In this document: positions 31,789-41,572 of the stretch, piece by piece
Position numbering within the stretch: position 1 is the first letter of the stretch
How the letters are laid out: the number at the start of each line of letters is the position of its first letter
Origin: Rheinheimera sp.
GTDB taxonomy: Bacteria > Pseudomonadota > Gammaproteobacteria > Enterobacterales > Alteromonadaceae
Direction: 5' to 3'
DNA: 64,000 nucleotides
Assembly (NCBI GenBank): GCA_034519945.1
Contig: JAXHNX010000024.1
Coordinates: forward strand, 22,520-86,519
Program-made: the position numbers and the translations under genes
Notes under the pieces: model-generated
The model's input: only the letters and a program-made list of their open reading frames with translations
Told to the model about the DNA's origin: nothing
The model's database searches: none

Positions 31789-32166
31789 AGCGCTGATTCA
31801 GCCGGCAATGGACCGATCCGCCATGCCGCCGGCCGGGCTGCAGTTAAGCCTTGATCAGTGGCAACAGGTACATGGTATTTTGCAGCGCCTGCTGGCCGGG
31901 TATCCGGTCTGGGCTTTTGGCAGCGCCTGCTGGCCGGGTATCCGGTCTGGGCTTTTGGCAGCAGGGCAGAAGGCCGCGGTAAAGCCTACTCAGACTTGGA
32001 TTTGGTGATTGTAAGTACCGAGCCGTTGCCATTGGCGTTGCTGGCTGAAGTCGCAGAAGCGTTCAGTGAATCTGATTTACCCTGGAAAGTCGATTTGGTG
32101 GACTGGGCAACGACGTCAGAGGCGTTCCGGCAGCGGATTTTGGCGCACAAAGTGGAGTTGCAGTAG
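31781..32166 (+). pseudogene. Minimal nucleotidyltransferase (MNT, HI0073-like) frameshifted by a 38-bp tandem duplication
   Basis: FGSRA...SDLDL motif; 31882-31919 is repeated at 31920-31957, and deleting one copy gives a 115-aa ORF. Confidence 0.88.
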
Positions 32167-32283
32167 CATTCTTAAGTTGGGTTTACCCTGTAACGCTGCA
32201 TGCAGAACACTGGTTGATTTAGCGCCGGTGTCGCTCATCATCGCTAGCCGGCGCTGTTGTTTATAGCTATTTTGGCGCAGTGC

Positions 32284-33321
32284 TTACGGCTGAGACCGTT
32301 GCAACTCCCGCCGCACCAGCTCAGCCCCCGCCTGCAGCGCTTTAAGTTTGCCGCTGGCGACTGCACGTGGCAGTGGCGCCATGCCGCAGTTGGTGCATGG
32401 GTACAACTTGTCGGCGTCGACATACTGCAGTGCCTGGCGCAGCGTCGCCGCCACTTCTTCCGGCGTTTCAATGGTGTGGTTTGCCACATCAATAGCGCCG
32501 ACCATCACTTTTTTACCGCGCAGCAGCGCCAGCAGCTCGAGCGGCACCCGCGAGTTGTGGCATTCCAGCGACACAATGTCGATATTCGATTGCTGCAGTT
32601 TCGGGAAAATCGCTTCGTATTGGCGCCACTCTGAGCCGAGGGTTTGTTTCCAGTCGGTGTTGGCTTTGATGCCGTAGCCGTAACAGATATGCACGGCGGT
32701 CTGGCACGGCAGGCCTTCGATGGCGCGCTCCAGCGCGGCGATGCCCCAGTCGTTCACTTCGTCAAAAAACACGTTAAAGGCCGGCTCATCAAACTGGATG
32801 ATATCCACGCCGGCGGCGGCTAATTCATGCGCTTCGGCATTCAGAATGGCGGCGAACTCAAAGGCTAATTCTTTGCGGCTTTGATAGTGCGCGTCATACA
32901 AAGTGTCGATCATCGTCATTGGGCCCGGCAGCGCCCATTTAATCGGCTGGCTGGTTTGGCTGCGCAAGAACTTTGCGTCTTCGACAAACACCGGTTTGGT
33001 GCGGACGACCGGCCCGACCACAGTCGGCACGCTGGCGTCGTAGCGGTTGCGGATGCGCACCGTCTGGCGCTTTTGGAAATCCACCCCGGCCAGATGCTCA
33101 ATAAAAGTGGTGACAAAATGCTGCCGGCTTTGCTCGCCGTCACTGACGATATCAATGCCAGCTTGTTGTTGCTCGTGCAGTGCCAGCCGCAGCGCGTCCT
33201 GTTTGCCAGCAGCAAGGGCTGCGCCTTCAAGTTTCCACGGCGACCACAAAGTTTCCGGTTCAGCCAGCCAGCTTGGTTTTGGCAAGCTGCCGGCGGTGGA
33301 AGTAGGGAGTAATTTGTTCAT
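32284..33321 (-). CDS. mesD: Single-barrel methionine synthase (MesD type)
   Basis: STAGSLPKP, SDGEQ, HICYGYG and TNCGM; directly downstream of a DUF1852 gene. Confidence 0.88.
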   Translation of the reverse strand: MNKLLPTSTAGSLPKPSWLAEPETLWSPWKLEGAALAAGKQDALRLALHEQQQAGIDIVSDGEQSRQHFVTTFIEHLAGVDFQKRQTVRIRNRYDASVPTVVGPVVRTKPVFVEDAKFLRSQTSQPIKWALPGPMTMIDTLYDAHYQSRKELAFEFAAILNAEAHELAAAGVDIIQFDEPAFNVFFDEVNDWGIAALERAIEGLPCQTAVHICYGYGIKANTDWKQTLGSEWRQYEAIFPKLQQSNIDIVSLECHNSRVPLELLALLRGKKVMVGAIDVANHTIETPEEVAATLRQALQYVDADKLYPCTNCGMAPLPRAVASGKLKALQAGAELVRRELQRSQP

Positions 33322-33359
33322 ACAAAATTCCGTATTTAATTCAGTCGGTGAATCGCATT

Positions 33360-34385
33360 TTATTGGCTGAAACTGGCAGACCACTGCGCCAGCAGGTTTT
33401 GATAGGGTTTTATAAAATGCTCTTCGGCAAATAGGCCTTGTTTGACCGCGAGTTTGCTGCGCTCTTCCCGGTCATACACAATCCGGGTCAGTGAATGCTG
33501 CTGGCTGGTTAAACTTGGCTGATAACGCACTCCGGCGGCGGCATGGGCGTTATATATCTCCGGCCGGTAAATCTTCTGAAAGGTTTCCATCGTGCTGATG
33601 GTGGCGATCAGCTCCAGGTTGCCGTAGTCATTCAGCAAATCGCCAAAGAAATAAAATGCCAACGGCGCGACGCTGTTGTGCGGCATGAAATAGCGCACTT
33701 TGAGGCCCATCTTTTTAAAGTACTGTTCGGTCAACGAAGTGTCATTCGGCAGATATTCCACCCCCAACACCGGATGATGATTGGCCGTGCGCTGATAGAT
33801 TTTGTTATCGGACACACTGAGGCAAATCACCGGCAATTTGTGGAAGTGCTGCTGATAGGCCTTTGAGCTGACAAAGTGGCGGAACAGCCGACCATGCAGC
33901 TCACCAAAATCTGCCGGAATGCTGAATTGCGGCTGGTTTTTATTGTGCTCCGGTAACAACACACTGAAATCATAATCCCGCACGTAAGAAGAGAAGTTAT
34001 TGCCGACCAGCCCTTCAATCCGTTCACCGGTCTGATGGTCAACAATATTGGTTTTCAGCACCTCAATGGACGGAAAGCTGCTGCCCTGATGTTCGGGCCG
34101 GGCATTTTCGCCAACCGGCGTTGCCAGCAGGATATCCACCGAAATAATGTCCAGTTCTACTGCATAGCGGTCGCCGGCTGGGTTGTCCCAATGCGCCAGC
34201 GAATTAAAACGTTTGTTAATCATCGCCAGTGTATTGCGCAGATTCTGCTGCCGCGCATCACCGCGCGCCAGATTGGCGAAGTTGGTGGTCAGCCGGGTAT
34301 TGTCGGATGGATGATAATGCTCATCAAACGGCTGACGTTGAATGCTAAAGGTTAAATCGGTCGCGGGGTGGATCTGCGCTGCCAT
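33360..34385 (-). CDS. mesX: DUF1852 protein (MesX)
   Basis: TRLTTNFANLARG, GNNFSSYVRDYDFS and METFQKIYRPEIY. Confidence 0.88.
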   Translation of the reverse strand: MAAQIHPATDLTFSIQRQPFDEHYHPSDNTRLTTNFANLARGDARQQNLRNTLAMINKRFNSLAHWDNPAGDRYAVELDIISVDILLATPVGENARPEHQGSSFPSIEVLKTNIVDHQTGERIEGLVGNNFSSYVRDYDFSVLLPEHNKNQPQFSIPADFGELHGRLFRHFVSSKAYQQHFHKLPVICLSVSDNKIYQRTANHHPVLGVEYLPNDTSLTEQYFKKMGLKVRYFMPHNSVAPLAFYFFGDLLNDYGNLELIATISTMETFQKIYRPEIYNAHAAAGVRYQPSLTSQQHSLTRIVYDREERSKLAVKQGLFAEEHFIKPYQNLLAQWSASFSQ

Positions 34386-34498
34386 GAGCTGTTCTCCGTT
34401 TGAGAGTAGGTTGATTTTTTTGGGCGGTAAACGTTAAATGTGTTGAGAATAAGTACGGCGAACGCCGGAATGAATAATGAATAATCAGCCATTGTGCT

Positions 34499-34511
34499 TG
34501 AGAGAAATTCA
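34499..34511. promoter_or_regulatory. Possible MetR box TGAG-N5-TTCA
   Basis: One mismatch to TGAA-N5-TTCA, upstream of mesX-mesD. Confidence 0.35.
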
Positions 34512-34563
34512 AGCAGATTGGCTGGCCAGTGTGTTTTGTGACGATGATTGGCGAAAAAGCTGG

Positions 34564-35356
34564 TTAAGGTGTTTTTGCTGCCGGCGGCAGGGTCTCTGGC
34601 CCGACCTTGGTTTTGTTGGGATCTGCTGCGCCGGTTGCTGCTTTGCTGGTGTCTGCTTTAGCGGCAGGCTGCGGGAACAACCCCGCCACATTGGCATGTG
34701 GGATCACTTTGATTTTGTTTTCGTGATACACAAACAGGTAACTGACGCTGCGGGCGATGATTTGGATTTGTTCCATTCGCATGGTTTTGTTGTCGTCGAA
34801 CACCGGGTAAATCAGGCTCAGGTTAAACCGTGGTGTGGTGCCGGCTTTAATGGCTCTGGACTGACCTATTGCTTCCATCAGTGCGACAATCCATCAGAAA
34901 CAACACCGGTAAACTGGCAAACAGATACAGGCCCAGGCGCTGATAACGCGGTTTATAGAAGCGGTCCGACAGCCGGGCATAACCGCGAAAACGTTGCCGT
35001 GCAATGCGGTCCAGCCACAATAGCAAGTAGACGCCGAGCGTCCAGAAGACAAACTGCAGAATGGTCCAGGGGTTACTTAAAGCAGCCAGCAGGAAATCAG
35101 AGATCTCCAGATAAGGCAACACAGCAAAATCAAACTTGTCGAACAGCGACACGACAAAAATCAGCCCAAGTAAGCTGCAAAACAAATAACTGCCGGTCAG
35201 CAGCAGGGCTGGTTGTGACAACAGATATTGGCCGGCGCGCCGGGTGAGTGAGTCGACTTTCTGGTCGTAAACATCGCCGTGCAATAACGGCGTTGCCGGT
35301 GCTGTAGTCGTTTCTGCCTGCGCCAGCGTGCCGGCCAGGCCCTGTTCTGTATTCAT
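34564..35356 (-). CDS. Hypothetical membrane protein, frameshifted near 34880
   Basis: Two consecutive ORFs: a TM part (YLEISDFLLAAL) and a soluble C-terminal part. Confidence 0.65.
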
Positions 35357-35477
35357 TTACATCACACTCGCAACAAAGACATGCTTGGATAACATCATAT
35401 TCAACCGGGAAACTCAAGGTGGTGATGTTGGCGTCTGGGCTGTGATCGCCCGCCACAACGTTATTGCGGATCGTTAC

Positions 35478-35810
35478 TCATATTTTTTGATAAAACAGCC
35501 GGCCAACCCGTTCAATGTGCTGCAGTAAATCGGGGTTGCTGATGTCCTGGTGCCGGCAGAGGTCAAAACGGAATGGCAGCATTAAATCATCCAGCCCGTT
35601 CATCAGTTGTAACAGCTGCTGATGGCTGAAATCGGTACCACTGATCACCAGGTCGATATCAGAGCCTGGCCTGTAGCGCTCCATGGCACGCGAACCATAC
35701 AGAGTCACACTTTGAATGTCAGGGTAATGGCTGAAAATTTGCCGAATAGCCGTGAGCTGTGGCCCGCTCAGGCCAAACTGTGCGGTGTTGCTGACCGGCT
35801 GCCCGGTCAT
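35478..35810 (-). CDS. Minimal nucleotidyltransferase (MNT)
   Basis: LYGSRA...GSDIDL; overlaps its upstream HEPN partner by ATGA. Confidence 0.92.
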   Translation of the reverse strand: MTGQPVSNTAQFGLSGPQLTAIRQIFSHYPDIQSVTLYGSRAMERYRPGSDIDLVISGTDFSHQQLLQLMNGLDDLMLPFRFDLCRHQDISNPDLLQHIERVGRLFYQKI

Positions 35811-36235
35811 AAATCACCTGTATCAGGCTGCTGATGTGCGGCAAGCTTTTGCTGTAATTCGACAAATGCCGGGTAAAACTGGCGCAGGATGGAGACTGCG
35901 ACTGCGTTGGCAGTTTCCTGATTATAAGTGTGTGAAGTTAAGGCCCGGCTTTTAATCATCTGCATCCACAACTCACCATCGGCCAGCAGACCACGTGAAA
36001 ATGCCAGCCTGATCGCATCGCGGGAACCCTGAATATCAGTTTCGCCCTGAAACTCGTAAAAGTCCTTGATGCAGTTCCAGGCCAGTTCGTAGTTGTATTC
36101 AAAGGCCTGGATCAGTCCTTGTTGTTCCAGCTTACTCAAAGGGCGGCTGCCGGCCAGCGCCACGGCTTCGGTCAGTTCTGCTAATGCTTTGGTAAAATTT
36201 GCCAGGCGTTGTTGCCAGCGGATATCGCTATTCAT
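35807..36235 (-). CDS. HEPN / HI0074-family protein
   Basis: DIRWQQR, GLIQAFEYNYELAW and SRALTSHTY. Confidence 0.92.
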   Translation of the reverse strand: MNSDIRWQQRLANFTKALAELTEAVALAGSRPLSKLEQQGLIQAFEYNYELAWNCIKDFYEFQGETDIQGSRDAIRLAFSRGLLADGELWMQMIKSRALTSHTYNQETANAVAVSILRQFYPAFVELQQKLAAHQQPDTGDL

Positions 36236-36406
36236 CAGTGCTGTCTTTGGGGTTGTCGAAAAGAGCCGCAATTATTTGATTCTAAGTCAGTGCCGCTTTG
36301 GCGTATAGGTTTTGTTGGCGTTACTTCATTACAGCAACATCTCTCATTGGGGGTAGCCACCGCTATTCCGTTATATCCATATTGACTAATGCAGCGCTCA
36401 TCTATA

Positions 36407-36427
36407 TAAATGCGAACGATTTTTATT
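36407..36427. promoter_or_regulatory. Probable Fur box
   Basis: taaatgcgaacgatttttatt, immediately upstream of a siderophore receptor. Confidence 0.5.
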
Positions 36428-36440
36428 AACGCTGAGAATT

Positions 36441-38537
36441 GTGATGAAACTGGCAAAGCTGTTACTGGCGCTGACAAGCGCGGGCATGTGTGCACAATGG
36501 GCTGTGGCTGAAACAACCGGCGATACGGCGGAAATTGAACGTATTCAGGTGTCGTCGATTCGGGCGGCTTATCCGGTCAGCACAGTGCCGGCCACTATCA
36601 CGGTGATTGAGCAGGAGCAGCTGAAAGCGCAGCTCGCCGTGACGCAGGACCTCTCACAAATTCTGGGTAATTTAATCCCGGCTTTTTCGCCAAGCCGGCA
36701 GAAGCTGACCGCCAACGGCGAGACGCTGCGTGGCCGCGAGCCGCTGTATATGATTGATGGTGTGCCGCAATCGACGCCACTGCGTAACGGCTCGCGCGAC
36801 GGCAATACCATAGACCCGGCGATGATTGAACGCATCGAAATTATCCGTGGCGCCAACGCCATTCAGGGCATGGGCGCCAGCGGCGGCATTATTAATATCA
36901 TCACCAAAACGCCGGGCGAGCAAAGTCATCAGCTGAAACTGGCCGGTTCTGTTCCCACAGCTGGCGGCTCTGATACTCAGAGTTATCGCGGCAGTTATTT
37001 GTTTTCCAAGCAAATTGACGATGTGTCGCTGGTCAGCGGCATCGCTTATAACAAAACTGGCCTGTATCTGGATGGCAAAGGTACGCCGATTGGCGTGGAC
37101 ACCACGCAGGGCGATACGATGGATTCGGCCAGTGTCGATTTGTTTGTCAAAACCAAATGGCAATTCAGTGAGCTGCAAAGTATTCAGCTGATGGTCAATC
37201 ACTTTGACCTCGAAGGCAATAACGACTACAAACCGGTCGACGGCAAACCGGCGGACGGCATTCCGACCACGTCTGTGCCGGGTAAAACGCCGGGTTATGG
37301 CGCGCAGAATAAAGTGACGTCGGCGTCGCTGGATTATCAGCACCAGCAAGTGTTCGGTGGCAGCCTCAGCCTGCAGTTGTTTGCGCAGGATTTCAGTTCG
37401 ATGTTTGGTGGTAGCAGCGCGGCTACTTTCCAGGACCCGAAATACGGCGCCAATTTATTTGACCAGTCACAGAACGTGTCGGAAAAAGTCGGCGCCCGCG
37501 CCACCTGGTTTGGCACTGACTTGTTCGGCACTGATATTGATTTAAGCACCGGCCTCGACTGGCTGCAGGATCTGACCTATCAGGAACTGGTAATGACCGG
37601 CCGTAACTGGGTGCCGGAAACTGAATTTACCAACTATGCACCATTTGCTCAGCTGCGGTATGACGGTCTGGCCGGCTGGACTTTCAGCGCCGGCGCGCGT
37701 TATGAATATGGTCAGTTGCAAGTGGATGATTTCACTACTTTATATTCCAGCAAAAGTTCTTTTGTCAAAGGCGGTCAGCCGAGCTTTAACGAACTGCTGC
37801 ATAACTTTGGTCTGGTGCATCAGCTGACGCCGGAACTGCGGCTGTACGCCAGCTACAACGAAGGTTTTGGTATGCCGGACGTCGGCCGCGTGCTGCGCGC
37901 CATTAACAAACCGAATCAGTCGGTGGCGCAGTTCCTGAATCTGCAGCCGGTGGTGTCAGACAACGCCGAACTCGGCCTCGAATACAACGCGGAAGACTAC
38001 CGCCTGCAGCTGAGTTATTTCACTTCGGATTCGGACCTAGGTTCACGCCTGCAAGCCGACAAAGACGGCATTTACAGCGTGATGCGCGAGAAAACCGAAA
38101 TTGGCGGTTTTGAAGCTGACGGCGAGTGGAATTACAGCAACACCGGCAGCCTGGGCTTCAGTTATGCCCGAAGCCACGGCCAATACGACAGCAACAATGA
38201 CGGCCGCACTGACCGCGATTTAGGTGGCGTCAATATCGCGCCGGAACGCGTCAACCTGTATTGGCTGCAGGAGTGGACTGACGGCGTGTCGAGCCGCCTG
38301 CAGGTCAGCCGTTATTTTGACTTAAGTTTTAACGACGGCACTGCGTTTGACGGTTATCAGACGCTGGACGGCTCGGTGCGTTTTGACAGTGGCGCCAACG
38401 GTGTCTGGACGCTGGGCATCGAGAACCTGCTCGACAAACAGTACATCACTTATTACGCCCAGACCACGCCAGCCAACAGCACCTATTTTGCTGGCCTTGG
38501 CCGCATGTTGCAGCTGAGCTGGCAATATGGTTTTTAA
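36441..38537 (+). CDS. TonB-dependent siderophore receptor (IutA-like)
   Basis: Signal peptide, plug motifs LRGR..IDGVPQ and IERIEIIRGA..GGIINIITK, C-terminal ENLLDKQY...WQYGF. Confidence 0.93.
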   Translation: MMKLAKLLLALTSAGMCAQWAVAETTGDTAEIERIQVSSIRAAYPVSTVPATITVIEQEQLKAQLAVTQDLSQILGNLIPAFSPSRQKLTANGETLRGREPLYMIDGVPQSTPLRNGSRDGNTIDPAMIERIEIIRGANAIQGMGASGGIINIITKTPGEQSHQLKLAGSVPTAGGSDTQSYRGSYLFSKQIDDVSLVSGIAYNKTGLYLDGKGTPIGVDTTQGDTMDSASVDLFVKTKWQFSELQSIQLMVNHFDLEGNNDYKPVDGKPADGIPTTSVPGKTPGYGAQNKVTSASLDYQHQQVFGGSLSLQLFAQDFSSMFGGSSAATFQDPKYGANLFDQSQNVSEKVGARATWFGTDLFGTDIDLSTGLDWLQDLTYQELVMTGRNWVPETEFTNYAPFAQLRYDGLAGWTFSAGARYEYGQLQVDDFTTLYSSKSSFVKGGQPSFNELLHNFGLVHQLTPELRLYASYNEGFGMPDVGRVLRAINKPNQSVAQFLNLQPVVSDNAELGLEYNAEDYRLQLSYFTSDSDLGSRLQADKDGIYSVMREKTEIGGFEADGEWNYSNTGSLGFSYARSHGQYDSNNDGRTDRDLGGVNIAPERVNLYWLQEWTDGVSSRLQVSRYFDLSFNDGTAFDGYQTLDGSVRFDSGANGVWTLGIENLLDKQYITYYAQTTPANSTYFAGLGRMLQLSWQYGF

Positions 38538-38579
38538 TTGGGCGCTGTTTGCGTGGCGAAAAAGCGGCTGGCGCTGTCG

Positions 38580-39690
38580 ATGAACCTGCTGCGTAGCCGG
38601 TTCTGGCATCGCTTGCTGGGGCTTTGGCTCGGCGCTGTGTTGTTGCTGGTCTGTCTGACCGGCAGCATTCTGCTGCTTAAAAACCCGTTGCTGCAATGGT
38701 TATATCCGCAGCTGCAAATCAGTTTGGTCGACGACCGCGCAGCTGCGAGGCCAGGTGCTGGATAGCCTGGAACAAAGCCAATATGGCTTTGCCCGACTGC
38801 CAAACAAAGATCGGCCCTGGCTGGAGTTGTCGCGCCACGACGGCACGCTGGAATACTGGGCGGTGCCGGCCACAGCAACTGAAACACCGCAGCAGCTGCT
38901 AAGCCGCGCGCCTTACAGCGATGTACTGGACTGGTGTTATCAGCTGCATTTGTATCTGTTTGTCAAAACCTGGAAACATCAGCTGCTGGGGGTCGTCGGC
39001 ATCGGCGGGTTGTTGTTACTGATCGCCGGGCTGAAAACCCAATGGCCAAGCCGTTGGCGCATGCTGAAGTTACCGCTGTCGCAGCGTGGCCGTGCTTTGC
39101 CGGGCGGGCGAATGGCCTGGCACAATGCCCGGCAATGGCATTATCTGCTTGGGGTTTTCAGCCTGCCGTTGTTACTGTTGGTGATTATCACCGGCACGGC
39201 GATGGCCTACAACGCGCAGACTCAGCAGTTTATCAGCTGGTTGTTGCAAGACCCGCCGCAGCCAAAGGCTGCGCCGGAACCGGCATTTCCGGCCACCACA
39301 TTGGCCGCATCCGACTGGGCGCTATGGCTGAGCAACGCCCGTAAGGTGTTGCCCGACGCGCAGCTGCGCCTGGCCAGTTTTCGCAAATCCCCGACCGATG
39401 CAGTGCAATTCCGCGCTCAGCTGCCCGAAGAATGGCATCCGAATGGCCGCACTGTGTTGCGGCTGGCGCCGGATGGCAGTCTGTTATCGCTGCAACGCGC
39501 CACAGAACTGGCACCGGGGCGCCAGCTCAGTCAGCTGATTTATCCGCTGCATGTTGCCGCTGTGGGCGGCCCACTGTATTTGTGGTTGTTATGCGTGACC
39601 GGCCTATTGCCTGCGCTGCTATGGTGGCTCGGCTGGCGCTGGCGGCAAGGCCGGCGGCAAAAAGAATCAGCCACGGCCACGCAGCGCTGA
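38580..39690 (+). CDS. PepSY-associated TM helix protein, frameshifted near 38750
   Basis: WHRLLGLW..LTGS, YQLH, WHYLLG..TG and YPLH motifs. Confidence 0.85.
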
Positions 39691-39755
39691 GTCTGGCGCT
39701 GAGTCTGACGCTGATTTCACGGCGCCTTACCATCATTTGAAACGCATACCTTACT

Positions 39756-40028
39756 TTGGCCGTCCACAGGCTTTGGTTTGGTGTTTGCCAGAGGTCAACA
39801 ACCGCCGGCAGCCAGGCCGCCATTGACCAACAGATGCAAACGATGATGCAGGCATTTGAGCAAGGTGATGCGGCCAAAGCACACCGGGTGATCCTGCAGG
39901 ATGCTGTGGTGGTCGGTTATTCGAAGAAACAACAAAAAGTGGTCAATGTCTCCGGCGCCGAATGGGCCAAAGGCTTCCCCCGGACATCTGCTTGTCTGTT
40001 ACTGCCGGCAACAAAGGTCATGCTATAG
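39756..40028 (+). pseudogene. Fragment of an NTF2-like (lumazine-binding-like) protein
   Basis: AIDQQMQTMMQAFEQGDA...EWAKGF, then abrupt loss of coding character at about 39983. Confidence 0.4.
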
Positions 40029-40112
40029 TGTTGCCACAGCAATGCCTGCGGTTTGTCCCAGCCATGTCCCGGCGGGATCGTCGGCGCTGCGACAAATTCG
40101 GGAGCTTTGCGC

Positions 40113-40970
40113 ATGGGGTTACGCCACAAGATGGCAGCTGGTCGATGGCTTGGAACTGTACTGTGGTTGTGCAGTTGCCCGCCGGTCCATGCTGCGCAGC
40201 CCCAACCGCCTGACTGTGTACTGCGTTTTGCTTTAGATACTGCGTTTCCGCCACATATCGTGCTGACTCCACAACAACCTGAAGGCCTCAATGTACAGAT
40301 GATCCGGCTGTTGGCGGCGCAGGTTGGCTGCCGTGTCCGTTATGTCAATTCGCCATGGGCGCGTTCGTTAAAGTTGCTGCAACAGGGCGAGATTGATGTG
40401 GTCAGCCAGCTGACTTATAACCAGGTCAGAGCCAAAGACATCGCCTTTATTGGTCCGCACCATCAGGAGCGGATGTGGCTGATCGCCGATCCGGCGGCAG
40501 TGCCGCCGCTGCACCAGTTGGCAGATTTGCTGCGCTGGCCGGCTAATATGCTGATCGCCGTCTTGAATGGTGGCTATTTTGGTCCGCAGTTGCAACAACT
40601 GCGCGACGATCCGGTGCTGCAACGGCGCTTTTATCCAGTGGTGTCGAATCAGGACAAACTGACGTTACTGGAGTCGGGACGGGTACAGGCGGTGCTGGAA
40701 GAAGAGCTTGCCTGGTTCTGGCGGGTGAAAGGGCAGGCAACCCGCTATCAGCCATTGTTATTGGTCCATGCTGATGCGGTGTATTTTGGCTTCAGTCGTG
40801 TTTCAATTAAGCCGGAAATGCTGGCAAGACTGGACGCCGCCTGGTTGCAGTTGTACCGCAGCGGCCAGCTGCAACAGATCCGTGATTATTATCTGACGAC
40901 GCCTGCCGCAGAGCCGGTGCCGGGCGCTGCAGACATCAGCAAGATGCCGGCGCCTGCTCCGCATTTGTAA
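40113..40970 (+). CDS. Periplasmic substrate-binding protein (family 3-like)
   Basis: FPPH..GLNV, PWARSLKLLQQGEID and YFGFS. Confidence 0.85.
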   Translation: MGLRHKMAAGRWLGTVLWLCSCPPVHAAQPQPPDCVLRFALDTAFPPHIVLTPQQPEGLNVQMIRLLAAQVGCRVRYVNSPWARSLKLLQQGEIDVVSQLTYNQVRAKDIAFIGPHHQERMWLIADPAAVPPLHQLADLLRWPANMLIAVLNGGYFGPQLQQLRDDPVLQRRFYPVVSNQDKLTLLESGRVQAVLEEELAWFWRVKGQATRYQPLLLVHADAVYFGFSRVSIKPEMLARLDAAWLQLYRSGQLQQIRDYYLTTPAAEPVPGAADISKMPAPAPHL

Positions 40971-40989
40971 GCAAAATCAGCCGCTTAGC

Positions 40990-41460
40990 TTATTCAATCG
41001 CCAATAATTCAACATCAAAAATCAGTACAGAACCCGGTGGGATCTTACCGGCGCTGCGGCTGCCGTAAGCCAAATCGGCCGGAATAAAAAAACGGAATTT
41101 GTCGCCGGTTTTCATCAGCTGTACACCTTCGGTCCAGCCTTTGATCACGCGGTTCAGCGGGAAACTGATCGGTTCGCCGCGTTCAACGGAAGAATCAAAT
41201 ACAGTGCCGTCAGTCAGGGTGCCGTGGTAGTGCACGTTGACGGTGGAGCTTTCAGTTGGATGTTTGTTGCCGCTGCCTTGTTGCAGAATTTCATATTGCA
41301 GACCCGAGGCTGTGGTTTTGACGCCGTCGCGGCTGGCGTTTTTCGCCAGGAACACGTCGCCCTGTTCGATATTCAGCGCGGCAGTTTTTTGGTTATTGAT
41401 GCTGTTGTAGAAATAATACAAAACCGCCGCAGCGACTAACACAATCAACGCTATTTTCAT
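40990..41460 (-). CDS. FKBP-type peptidyl-prolyl isomerase
   Basis: TASGLQY, VHYHGTL, FDSS, VIKGWTEG and LIFDVELL. Confidence 0.96.
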   Translation of the reverse strand: MKIALIVLVAAAVLYYFYNSINNQKTAALNIEQGDVFLAKNASRDGVKTTASGLQYEILQQGSGNKHPTESSTVNVHYHGTLTDGTVFDSSVERGEPISFPLNRVIKGWTEGVQLMKTGDKFRFFIPADLAYGSRSAGKIPPGSVLIFDVELLAIE

Positions 41461-41572
41461 GGGTGTTCCTGTCTGTTTAACAGACGATTGATAATAAGTT
41501 CAACAAGTTGGCGCTATCATAGGGGCAAAAACAGCGTGGGTCAAAGCGCTGTTTGCTGCCGCGTCTTTTTTT

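Noticed and set aside
34477-35247. 256-aa Cys-rich plus-strand ORF
   Set aside because: It is the antisense shadow of the minus-strand membrane protein gene.
39685-39714. 12-bp tandem repeat cgctgagtctg[g/a]
   Set aside because: Only about 2.5 short units, with no evidence of function.
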